Shown here one piece after another: positions 11,009 to 23,654 of a stretch of DNA of 64,000 nucleotides. The notes below the pieces were generated by a model. It did not search any database. It had not been told where the DNA came from and worked only from the letters and a program-made list of their open reading frames with translations. Origin of the DNA: Lepidodermella squamata. Its lineage: Eukaryota > Animalia > Gastrotricha. The stretch lies in the NCBI GenBank assembly GCA_047495785.1, contig JBLDXI010000021.1, forward strand, positions 2,356,001 through 2,420,000, in the 5' to 3' direction. Both the position numbers and the translations under genes were made by a program. The stretch's first letter is position 1. Every line of letters starts with the position of its first letter.

Positions 11009-13106
11009 ATGATGGCGATTTCGAGCCTTCTCTACCTGTTCGCCTTTTCTTTGCTGCTTGTCGCGGTATCGGCCGCTCAGGATCCAGTTCATGTGATTGA
11101 TTTGACCCGGCCAATCAAGCCTGAGGATGCTGGAACAGTGATTCTCCCGACAGTTTATCGGCTCGAAGAGTCTCTACGCGATGACAGCCGCGTTCTCGTC
11201 AATACAGTCGAAGTCAAGGACACGCGTAAGGCAACTAGTGCGCTCTTGCCGCGTGGTTTCTACGAAAACTTGGGCGGTGTCGACGCTCTTCAGGGTCGAC
11301 GGGTTCACGCTTTCATTGCCCCGTTGTCCAGCGACAGTTCAGCCGAGCGGCGGCGGTACTCGTGGACGCACGAAGACTTCGCCAAGGTGACTCCCCACTC
11401 AGTCGTCATACTCATAGACTCGTCGGCGTACGCAGATGACGAAGATCACGAGCACGACTTGCTGACAACCGAAGCTACTGATTGTTTGATATTCGACAAG
11501 CAAATATCAGTTTTAATCACAAACCATCGATATATTGACGGCAAGCGAGAGCTGGAAGCTTCCCGTCGAAAGTCGACGTATTGCAAAGGCCTTGCGCCGT
11601 GTAATTCGACTCAATCGGCTCAATTTGCCTCGCTCGAACTCGCGTTTTTAAACAACGGAATTGTTTTAATAGTATCGGCAGCGCCGGTGTCTCACGAAGA
11701 CGCCTTAAAAATGGGCGCAGCGGTGGCCGAGTCTCGGAAAGCGGCTCGGCAAAGGCTCCGACGCCATCACCACCATCAACGCCATGAGCGGAGTAAGCGA
11801 GGCTACGCTCTCGAATTCACTGACGACGAGTTCGATTCCAGCACATTTTTCTACGCGTATTTTCTGGTTTTCCAGCCAGACCGCACGGTACCAGTCGGAC
11901 TAGCTGCTGTGACCTTGCTCAATTTCACATCGAAGCAGCCAGTTTCGTTATCACACGAGTGGTTCCCGAAAGACCCGCTGTCAAACTCACTACCTCTATG
12001 GCCTGGAACACCAAAGCCGATCGTACGAGCGACCATGTCGACAAAAAGTGGTCGGGCGATGTTGTTTTCTGAGCAGCAAGCCGCGAATATCGGCGAGCAG
12101 CATCCCAATTTCTTCGCCGCCCCAGTTGGACCAGCCTTATCGCCGCAGCACCGCACCGTGCGCCCTCCGCGGCCGCATGTGCGTGTCAAGTTCGCGGAAC
12201 ACTTTGGCACCCACATTGACGCGCCTTATCATATGCTGCCTAACGGATCCGACATTGCGAAACTACCAAAATCAAAACTGTTCTCTAATTGCTGCTTCAA
12301 GGTTGACCTTTCGCGGCAGGTAAGGTTGATTTTTCGAATCTCAAATTTCGACCTCTCTGTTCTTGTTTCAGATGCTCCCAGGTCGTAAGACGTCGGCAAC
12401 CGAGCGTGGCATTTCTATATCGGACTACGAGGAGTTTGGACCTTCAAGCTCTTCGTTGAAACGCATGTCATCGGGCTGCGTCGCGCTCTTTCACACCGGC
12501 GTCAGCAAGTATTGGCGCAACAGCTCGCTTTACGTCAACCAAATGATTTTTCCCGGGGTTTCACGGGAACTGGCGTCAATGCTGGTGCAACCACCGCCTG
12601 GTGCGACTGAAGCCCGCTACGTCGGGCTGGGCATCGATACGCTCAGCATAGATCCAGGTCCGAGCGAAGATTTGTCCGCACATGTTATAGCTGCCTCGAA
12701 TGGCGCTTTTGTGCTCGAAAACCTGAACAATATACACCAACTGCCTGACGGAGGGAAACCGGTGCCCTGTCTCATTGTAAGCTCACTGATTTTGGAATCC
12801 ATTTACTCGTTCGCGGCCATCTGCTACTATTAACGACTCGCCCTTTTAATTTAATACTTTCAATTACTGAGATTTATCAATTGTTTCCAGATTCCGTTGA
12901 GCATCGATGGTGGATCGGGATCGCCTGCATCGGTTGTGGCGTTTTTAGGTCAAGAAGAAGCTTCATCTGTCGAAACGAGCCCTGAGTACGATGCTAGCTA
13001 TCCTTTCATAAAAGCGGCTCCTCGCGAACTCAACTCAGCATCCTCTCTACATATGCTGACTGTACTTATGGCCCTCGAACTTGGGTTACTAGCGATTTTC
13101 CGATGA
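11009..13106 (+). CDS. Secreted cyclase-family metallo-hydrolase (kynurenine formamidase/isatin hydrolase-like) with an N-terminal degenerate domain and a C-terminal hydrophobic/GPI signal
   Basis: EHFGTHIDAPYH (HxGTHxDxPxH), PLWPG, LGIDTLSID, VLENL, PLSIDGGSGSP. N-terminal signal peptide. Introns 12320-12371 and 12777-12890. Confidence 0.88.
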
Positions 13107-13854
13107 TACTCCATACTCTGATGTCTCGATCTGTAGAAATTTTTCTTTTTAGACACATAAATTCTATCATGAAACCTCTGTATTTTCCGTTTTTAATTTA
13201 TATTTTTTATTCGACGCACAGGGAAGCTATTTTAAGTGATTTTTGTTTCGGTTAGGTGTATTATTTTTCCCAACTTGCGATGTCATGTTGAAACTTTCGT
13301 CTATAATGACCCGAATCCTCTTGAAATCAAGATGTTTATTTTTTCATGAGCTGCTTCAAAAACAGAACTGAAGTAAAATTGATCAAATTTTGTTGGCTAT
13401 CAGACGTTTTGCCGAACCTACTGATCTCGAAGCTGCAACCTGTTAACTTGAAAAACACAACAAACACCTATTGGAGCAAACATTTTTATTCTTTCCATCG
13501 TTTTTACGCAATATTTAAATTATAGTTACGCCGAGTTTTTAGTAGCATAGTTTTCGCAATAGTCATAACATTTATTCAACAAAATATGTACAGAAGTTTT
13601 GCGAAGCTAATGAATTCTTTTAGGATTTATCAGCTCGTGAATCTATATACAACAGCGTTTCGCCGCAAATTCAAAGATACGCAGGTTCAAAAATTCCATG
13701 CTAAAGGTCATCCATCTTTGGTTTCAATTTTACAATAGATAAAAATATTTTCGCGATTTTGAGGTGAGACACTGATAGGGAGATGCTTTTGGTGTTAAAA
13801 AATTTAGAGCTATATGGGCAATAAAGCTTTTTAAAGGGAAAAGTGAGCTTGTAA

Positions 13855-16800
13855 TCAGAGCAGAGTTGCAGAAACGAGAGCGAGTGAGGGTGACGGCGGG
13901 GATGAAGGGAAGCCATGGGGCGACGCGTCCACTCGCTCGTCGTCATCAACAGGAGCTGGCATGAAACTCTGCGCCGCCAACTGCAACCGGTCGTCGTGTC
14001 TCGCCGTCGAGTCGCTGTGCGCCGGAGACGGTTGCCGGTAGTGAATGTCGACATTGTAGACGAAACCGGTTGGCGTGCGCTGGCGCCTACAGCCGCCGCC
14101 GTTATCAGCCGAGAAGTGGTGGGCGCCGCGGGTAGCCTGCGGGCGGAAGGGCGAGAAGCTACTCGAGTTGCAGCCGGTGATGTTGTTGAAGCTGGACGAC
14201 ACGGTGGAGTCTATAAACGGAAACTTGGCATATGTCTCGATGGGGCAGTACTGGTCGGATCCGTCGGCGGCGGCGCCGTTTTCGTAGGCGATGGAGGCGG
14301 CCACATCGTCGTCGGCGTCGGCGTCGTACACGTTCTCGGCCGCTGGAGCAGAAGCCCGGCGGCCAAACGCTGGCACCACGACCGCGGACTGCTGCTGCTG
14401 CTGCTGTTGCGACTCGTGAGGCGCCACCGCCAGGCTGCGGCCGTCGAGACTGTTCGAGAGCAGGCGCTGCTGGCTGCGCCGCTGTTGCCCGTCGGGCGGC
14501 GGCAGGCTGGTGAACGACGCGAAGCCCTCGTCGCCGGTGCTGCCGCTGGGGGCGATCGGGGCGTCGAGGCTGGCGTTGGAGCCCGACTGCTGGCTGGCGA
14601 CCAGGCTCGCGATGAACTTGGGCACCTCGCCGGTGTAGACGGCGCCGGCGGTCGCGCGTCGCTGTACTGCGCCATTTGCGCGACGAGCGCCAGCTGCGCG
14701 TCCGGGCCCGACAGCGACTCCTCCTCCAGCGCCATCATCGCCGCCGAAGGTGAAAAGACGCCGGGGTTTAGACTCGTCAGGTTGCTCGCGAACGCCATCA
14801 TCATCTGCTGCTGCTGTTGCTCGGCTGTCCGTGTCGTCATCGCCACGCTGTCTCTGCTGCTGCTGTTGTCTGTTTGCGTGCCGATAAGAGTCGGCGCCCA
14901 GCTGCGACGGCTGGGCTGCGATCGGCCGAAAGAATGTGGAGAAAATATTCGTGCGGAAGCTGCGAGTAGAAAACACAAATTAACCACTCGAATATAACAC
15001 AAAATCTATCATTCTACACCGCTAGAATATATAATATCAGAGAAACCACAGGCAAGCGCCTTCAAACTCCCGAAACCATTGTTTCATTTCAATCAAGTTA
15101 GTATTAGTGCAAGCTAAAAGAAAAATGCATTTAAGTGCGGTGAGTTAACAGGATAAATTCGGTGCAACCATTTCATGCAGGTGATCTCATGAACCGTGCG
15201 TGTTCTACTGATACGTTTTATCCATAGTTTACCCAACAACGATAGGTAATAACGCTTCTTTACTCTTTATTGTGTGATTATAGGTATTTTGTTATTTTCG
15301 CTGCTGGAATATGATATCGGCCTGTTCGAACTCGACGATGCTGCCGGCAGGTTTGCTGGCGGCAGCGACGGACGACGGTGACACGGCGCTGCCGGAACTG
15401 CGAATGATGTTATTATTCGCCGTCGGCACGAGCGCTTCGTCAGTGCCACTGCTGCTCGCCGGCGTTATCACCGAGAGGCGGCCCGAGCGCAGCGCCTTGA
15501 CGAAGGCCGTACCCGCCGACGTTCGCGGCTGGTAGCGCCTCACAACCGGCGCCGGTGCCACCATTATCGGATTTCTTCGCGGGCGTTAAAGAAAGGCGAA
15601 ACAAAAGAAAGTATAGGAATGAATACCAAAGCAAACAAAACAGCCTAGTATAAGAAAAGTTATAATCTATTCCCCGGTTCAAACCCGCGTCTTCTAATTT
15701 TTGGCTACCTATCAAATTTCGAGACAGCCGGTGTTTGTACTGACTGTTTCGCTCGGCGTGTCACATCGGCTGCTGCGGGCCGGCAGGGCGAAGCGAACCT
15801 TTTTCGGCGACGGCGATGCCCCGGCTGTTGACGGCGGCACCGCAGCCGAAGCTGAGCCCGTCAACTCCGCCAGGTCATCGTCACGCTCGATTTGACCGAT
15901 CGCGGTCTTTCGCCGTCGGATGACCAGGAAACGCCGCGCGCCACCAAAACGGTGACTCAGCCCACCCGGCGGCGGCGGGGCGGGCGGTTTGATGTGGTGG
16001 TAAATCACACTGCAAATTCATTCCCCGAAAGATAATAATAATAGCAACAACACATGAAAATAAATCAAATTTGCTGTGGGGTTAGGCGGTTTCAAGTGCG
16101 AAAAATCAAGCGACACTCGGGTTATTTTTCCGATAAAAAACGATAATGCGTGAAAAAGACATGTGCGCTTACTTGTCAAGCAGGCCGCCGTTATTACTAC
16201 TTTTCAGTGGGGCTTCTTCGCTGTGATTACTGTTATTGTTACTACTGCTTGGCGTGTTGACCGGACCCGGTAAACCGCTCGCCCGTGAATAGTGAACACG
16301 TGTCAGTGATACGGCGTTGTTCTTGTAAAAGTGGCCCGGATCTTTGTTGCCGTTCGTGATTTTAGTCGCCGCGCTTTCGGCTGGCAGGGTGCGCGAGTCG
16401 AAGAAGGCGGCCGTGTTGCCGTGTTGCGTCTCGCGCAGACTACTCGGTCCTCCGCTCATGATTGTTGTCGTGCCGCCGGCTTTGGGCTGGTGATGGCGAT
16501 TCGCCGAATCTGTACGGCCGCGTGGTGATAAGACAAGGTGAAGAAATTATAAGACAATGAGAATGCGCAATAAATGATTGGCTCTACGTTGCAATAATAT
16601 ATGATAGAACTAAAAAGCACCAAAGCAAAAAACGGACGACGAAACAAAACAGTGATGGAAGAACGATTGAATTCGAATTAAAGTGCGTAGATGCCGCAAA
16701 GCATGCACACAACCGAGATGACGACGAAAACGCGCGGATATATATGATTTTTTTAACAAAAAAAAAACGAAACAACGTCGATTTGGTAAAGCATCGACAA

Positions 16801-19800
16801 CTAACCAGCTGTGAGAAGGATTTCGAGGGCACGCATCTTTCGGTGGTACCTGCGGCGATCGCAAGGAAAATAGGAGAAGAGGAAACATATAATAACATTA
16901 TTAAACAACAATAATTTCATAGTTTATAGCACAAATATTTGAAAATAAATGGCTCTATTTTTTAAAGATTTTTTGTTTGAATAAATTTTCTCGAAAATAT
17001 TCGGGTCATGTGAATTTTGCGTCGCTGACGACGGCTATAGGCCTATCGTAGTCGCAGCCGGTGGACGAGCTGCTAGCGTTGCATTGCCTACTAGCGCAGT
17101 GCTCGGCTGCCTCTTTTGCGTACTTTTGCCTGAATACGATGAAGGCGGCGACGAGGATCAGGATCGACATGGTCAGGAACGAAACGATGACGATCGACAG
17201 GAAAGCCCATGACATGTACGTAGTGAAAGTCTCGTCGCTCGACGCTGCCTCCTGCTTGACGGCAGATACACGCTCTTCGACTCGAATCAAGTCGACAGGT
17301 GATGAGCCAGGCACAGTTATCGTCAGGTTCAGCAACACCGCAGACATCACATCAGGGCCAGCCGTTGAATTTTGCGATAGCAAAGGCAATGGCTACGACG
17401 AAAAATAATTCATCAGAAAAGATTGTTGAAGTTGAAATTAATTACCTGGAGTTGAATGACGACAAATCTCACGTAAACGTCTTTCATCGAATCAGAGCTG
17501 CGGTAAGCTCTGTAAAGCGATTTCCGCAAAGAGTCAGCATTGTTATCGAAATCGGCGTTTGGAACTGTCCTCTTAAAACTTGTCACACGCTTAGGATTCT
17601 CCGCTTCGTGGACGATTACATGCAACCTAATAAAAACAATACTAGAGTGAATCTCAAATTGATGGACGGAACTCACAAATCAGAGTCGGCGAATTTTGGA
17701 CCGAACCGCAGTGTAGGACCCGCCTCGACAACTTGCAGAGGCGCCATGTCTTCAACAGTGGATAGCGCGTCGTTTAGTGCCTGGACAAATCTGCTTGCAT
17801 ACAGTCTGTCGTCTTCATTTTCAGGCAAATATCGCGATATGTAATTCTCGTCAAAAGTCCCAGTCGGGTATCGAACGATTATATCGAGCAAGTTTGACAA
17901 ATTAGTGACAATCGGAATCTAAAAATCAAATTCATGAAATGCTCATAAATCACAAGAGCAACACAAGAGAAAATGTACCGTAATGAGAACTGTGGATTCT
18001 ACATTTTTCCTAATTGTCGAATTGTCCCAGGCCGAAATTGTCACCCGGATAGGGCTCGCTGGGTTGGCGAGCGAAAGAGGAGCACGCAGGTCGCCAGGCA
18101 AGACAGTGATAACTCCGGATGTTTCATTGAACGCGAAAAACCGCCGGAAAGCCGATAACTGGTTGTTCACGCTATCATGGGGCGACATTCGGTAGCGGAC
18201 AGCTGAGAAATCGGCATCGAAATCGCGATCAGCCAGGTAATCCCGTAAATCCGCAATCACATCGCCATCTCGGATGATAGGACTAAGGGCTCGGACTGTG
18301 AGCTCGCGTTTCTCGAAAACAGGCGCGTTGTCATTGATATCGAGCACTTCCACGGTGAAAGGCGTCTCGGATAGACAACGCGAAGCCGTGAGGTTGCAGT
18401 TAGCACCGTGGATAGACAACGTGAATGGGAAAATCACCTTGGACGAATTCTGCTGAGAAATCGCGGCCTCGTGGTCGATTGGCTTCTGCAAACACAACTC
18501 AACTTTATCGTTAATTTGCTTCGCAACGATGTAGCTGTTGTATTTCGAGTTTAGAATGTCGAATTGAAGGTCGTGGCAACAACTGATGAATTCCGGCTTC
18601 AACTTGAGAGTACCAAAACAACCAGACCATTCCTCCTTAACCTGGAAATTTAATTCGCCCGAGCTTTCGATAGCAACTGTATGATCCAGCGATTTCGGCG
18701 AATTTGAGGATTTAACAAATTTTTCAGTAGAGGTTTGACCCTTCTTGATAACCAGCGAAACTGTCGCAATGCTGCTGAGTGGTTCGGGTAGGCCATGGTC
18801 TGAGGCTTTGATAGCGAAATGGTAAAGACTGTTTGCGACTTTCTCGAAGTCGTTAGGCGATGCCTTGGCAGACACACTGACCCGTCCAGTCGACGGGTCA
18901 ATGTCGAATAAACGAGGCCCAGGGTATAGGTTCATATCAATAGAGTACGTGATAGCCGAGTTGTTGATGCTTCTATCACAATCCTTAGCAAGCGGCAGTT
19001 CGACGAGTTGGAAGCCTGGGATGAGAGCTGAAATATCTATATCGCCAAGCGCAACTGAGGCTTTGCCAAAGGTTGGAACGCAGTCATTTATGTCTTTCAC
19101 AGCGATGAGCAGACGCTTCGTAGCCGAGTTTGTCTGGTTCGCCAGAGCTGCTAGTGGGTTGTCCCTAACTAACAGCGTCAGTTCATAATTGTCGACAGTC
19201 TCCGCGTCTAATATTCCGTTAACAGTGACAGCGCCAGTGTAAGTGTTGATGGCGAAGTGGCCCTTTTCGTTACCGCCAACGATGAAATAGTTAAGGCGGC
19301 CGTACTCGCCAGTATCGCAGTCAGTGGCCCGCATTTCTGCGACCAGCTCACCGTGAGGAGCCAGCTCAGCCACGGTGGCGTAGTCTGGTGCGGAAGTGAA
19401 CGCTGGTACGCAGTCGTTTTCATCGAGTAGAGACACTGCGACGATGGCCCGAGCTCGATGTCCGGCTCGGTCCGTGCAAGTCACTGTGACGTTTAGCTGG
19501 CGCTGCGTTTCAAAGTCGAGCAGCTGCTTCGTGAACACGTCGCCAATGGGCGTCACGTCGATGAGATGCCGATCGCCCCACGGCTCAACTTCGATGTAAG
19601 TCGCATCGTCACTGTCTGCATCAATGCACTTGACAGCGCCGATTCGGCTCGAAATAGGAGCAGACTCCGAAACCTGGAAACCAACAAAGTTCAGTTAGGC
19701 TTAAATCTTGAAGTGTTACATTGTCTCCATTACAGATCTCATCTTTCATCTAAGAGTTGGGTGCACGTGCACTGATTTCCGTCTGAAACATGTTTACTAA

Positions 19801-22800
19801 GCAATGTTTTGCGACAGAAACAAAGATTCACATTTCATAATTATTTTGATTAGTTTTCGAATTCAAGTACGTCAAACAAGATTAAGTTCAATTTTGATGC
19901 CCGCAAAATCAGTGCTTAAAGGCAGTAAAATTACCTCGAAATGATAGTAACTATCAGCGCGGTCGAATTGCGGTGTCGCATCGTTGACGTCGGTAACTTG
20001 AATGACAAGGGTGCCAGTCGCGGTTTGCGCTTGCGAAACTGCATTCAGATCGCGGACTAAAATCGGAAGTTTAATCGCGTGCAACTGCTCGCGGTCCAGT
20101 TTATCCAGAAGCCGAACAAAACCGTTGCGTTTGTCGACTAAAAACAGTTTCTGAACCAAACTAGACAGCTGAGGCGACGTTGAAGCTGTCGAAAGGGGTG
20201 GCGGTGAGGTGAGAAGGGGTGATGTCGAGCTGCCCGGCACAGGCGAGTACAAGCTGTCGTTTTGATACTCGCCTAATGTCAACACTGACGACGAATTTCT
20301 CGGCGCCGGGCTAGTCGACGCTTCCACCCAATGCGGCCCGAATTCGGCCGAAACTAGGTCAGTAAGTAAAATGTATTCAAGGTTAGCATCGATATCCGGA
20401 TCTTCCGCAGACATGACTGCGAGGAATTTCTCCGGCGAAGAATTTTCGCTGACGGAGACATATTTAACCGCAGAAGGGATAAATTTGGGCGGCTTGTTGT
20501 TGACATCCAGAATTTTGACAACAACTTGGCAAGTTGTGTTTTGAGGTGGATTTCCAAGATCCTGGAGTCTGACCGATAGGTTATACATGCCAACAATGTC
20601 TTTGTCGAGCGAGTGGCCTGGTGACAGGCGCAGTTCGCCGGTTTCAGGGTTCAAGCTGAACGGGTTTTGCTGGTATGTGATAAAATTGCCAATGAGCATT
20701 TCGGACGCGCTCCAGCTGTAAACGATCCGCGAGTTGACAGTAAACGGCTCGTCGTTGTCACTCGCCGAAATTTGCGCCAGTGAATCGCTGATAGTGGCGT
20801 TTTCGTACACCTCGAAGTACATGCCGCCGTAGTTGCGCGATACGTCAACTGCGTTTGTCGAGTAACACTCGGGCGCGTTGTCATTTATGTCCGTAAAAGT
20901 CAAACGCAGAGTCGTATCGGAATAGAATGACGTCTGGTGGTAGGCGGCATTCGCGTCCTCGGCACGCAGTCCAATGATGACAGTAACCCCTCCACTCGCC
21001 CCGTTTGGCAAATGGCTCCGAAGCTGGAAAATAATAAAGCAAAAACTTGAATAAAACAAGAAAGTTAACAGTTGGTACCTTATCGACGTCGACGCTACTG
21101 ACAAGTTGCAGCACCCACTTGGCGCTGCCCGAATTATCGAAATGGCGGTTGAGCCGAAATTTGTCTTTCGTGAGAAAAGCTAGTTTAGCAGCCGGTGGCT
21201 GGTCAGGAATTTCGCTGGTTGATGCAACGTTTAGCAACAGGTCGACACTTGTGATCTGGACCACCGAATCGTTGTTAGGCGACGTGTCAGGGTCATGCAC
21301 CTGGAAAACGCAGTTGGGAACAACGCCCAACGTCTCTTCAGCTACGGTTGCAACGGAGCAGCTAGTGGGCAGAAAAGTTGGACCGTTGTCATTCACATCG
21401 AGCAGTTTAATGCGAACAACAGCGCTATCTGACAGCCCGCCGCCGTCGACGGCGCTGACGAAAAGTAGAAATTCGGATGTCATCTCGCGGTCGAGAGCTT
21501 GCCGGCCAACGCCAACACTGACAGTCAAGGATCCTGTCAGAGGGTCGAGATCGAATGGCAGCGCCAGATGTTGCATAGCCCCACCTTCGGAATTAGCGAT
21601 ATTAGAAGTCGAAATCGAGTAGGTAATCACGCCAAAACGATCAGGATCTGTATCGATTGCCTGTAATAATTTTCATCATTCGAAATTTTCCAAAAAATAT
21701 ATAAAAAATTAATTACGCCAATCTTTCCGACGAAAAGACCTTGCTCGGCATTTTCCATCACCTCGAAGGTGTAGGACTTCTTCTCGAAACGCGGTGCCTC
21801 GGTGTTGGCTGGTTGGATGGCAATGTTTACAACGGCCGTGGAATAACGCCGCTGGCCCCGCGCGTCCGGGAACACAGCTTCGGCTTTCAACTCGGCCGTC
21901 CACGTTGTGCCACTCAACGACTGAAGCAGGGTGTTGTTGGTGGTGGGTAGCAGTTCAACTAAAGTGGTTCCAGTAGCCACCGGTGGAACCACATTAAATA
22001 GTGACGGGCCATTTTCCGCAACTATTGACAGCTTGAAAACCGAGTTGCTACCCTAAAAAAAATTAACAAAAATAATAATAAGATGGTTAAAATACACTCG
22101 AACGCACTTCATCTATGTCAGTGACTCGGATACTTGTGTCGCCAGATGGTACTATGTTCCATTTCCCGGTTGCTGGAATCCAAACAGCAGTTAGGGCGTA
22201 AACTTTGGCCGAGAAAACAGGATCGTTGTCGTCAATGTCTGCCACTTTAACGATGACAGTGGCAATCGAAGCCGCGTTGTACGAGTAGCCTGATTTTGTT
22301 TGTGGTGATTTATTGATCTCTCGAGCTTCGACCTCCAGCCGTATCTCACCGTTAGGCAGCTGCTGGATATCGCTCGACTCGCGATCTATCGCCGCTGTCA
22401 GCCAGATGCGGCCGGTTTTACTGTCAATGGCGAAGTAAGACTTGAGCGATTCACTGCCTTTCACGCTGATAATGCTGAAAAACAACGTGCTGTTGATTAG
22501 GTAATCGCCATCACGTGCCGTTAATTGCACGACTTCGGTGGAGGGTTTCGCGTCCTCGGGCAACGTCACAGTGTAAATCGGGAGAGAAAATACCGGTGGC
22601 GCATCGTCTACGTCGTTAACAAGCACGACAATGTCGAGGTAATCGGTCAGTCCGGACTGGCCCGGTCCGCCCCGAGCGTCCTGAGCTTGCAGTGCCACAA
22701 CGTAAGACTGGACAACTTCAAAGTCCAACACGCCCGAAACAATCAGGCAGCAGACCACTTCCTGGCTGACATATGCGGTTTTTGTCTCGTTGCAGTTGAC

Positions 22801-23654
22801 ACGGAAGCTTGGCAAGGAAGACCCTGGTACATAAACCGGGGCAACGGGTGGTTTCACGGATAAAATTGTGACTTTGATCTCGACGTTGATTGAAGAAAAG
22901 TCACCGTCGAGCACCCTGAACCTTGTAATGCACTTCGAGTCGTACGAACCCTCGTCGATGCGAGCGATCGTTGTTGATATGTTAGCCCCGGCGCTTTTGT
23001 AATCGAGAAAACGAGGCGCGACGTCGTTGACATTGATCAGCCAGATCGGCGCTATTGAGTGATTGAAAAAATGAAGATGAGGGGTAACGTAGCCTCCGCC
23101 AGAGTCTGATTGATGAGCAGCAGCAACACCAAAGTTGATTGAAGGGATTTTATGCGTGCGGTACTCTTCGATGTTGACCGGTTCGCGTATGCATATGTGC
23201 ACGGCCGTGTGGTTCAGCTGTTCGAAAGTGAGGTGGCGAGAGCCGAACGGGTCGAAAAAGCGCCAAACGTAGACTGGTGGCGCTGCGGTCGGCGATGGCG
23301 TCGACATGGATTGCTTCACGTAAGGCTCGTTCACCGATAGAGTTGGGCCGTCGAAACAGAAACCCTTCTCGAAAGCTTCGCTGATTGTCAGCGGATTGGT
23401 TGTCGATCGGACTTTACCGTTAATTAAAATCGCATAATGACCGCTCGCAGATACAGCTGGAAAAATGGTAACATTTAATAAGAGAGAAAAGTGACGAATT
23501 TAATAATTTTTCAATTAATCAGGGTAAACATATAGTAACTTCCTATTAATCCTCCTAAATAAAAGAAAATCAGCTCACCTGGAAGAAGGACGAGCGTTAA
23601 AATGAAGGATAGGCGCGTCATCGTTTGTGTGTAATTGATTATCGCGTTCGCCAT
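13855..23654 (-). CDS. Large non-classical cadherin (CDH23/PCDH15/Cad87A-type): ~13 EC repeats, membrane-adjacent domain, TM, long alternatively spliced cytoplasmic tail
   Basis: Signal-peptide exon 23654-23579. Repeated DxNDxxP, LDRE/LDFE and AxDxD motifs across ORFs 22087-23334, 20881-21992, 19872-21104 and 17943-19556. TM in 17006-17389. Phase-consistent downstream exons at 16849, 16509, 16009, 15772, 15574 and 14959. Confidence 0.9.

Noticed and set aside
13915-14997. 360-aa plus-strand ORF
   Set aside because: Antisense shadow of the GC-rich cadherin terminal exon, with low-complexity Leu/Val/Gly content and no motifs.
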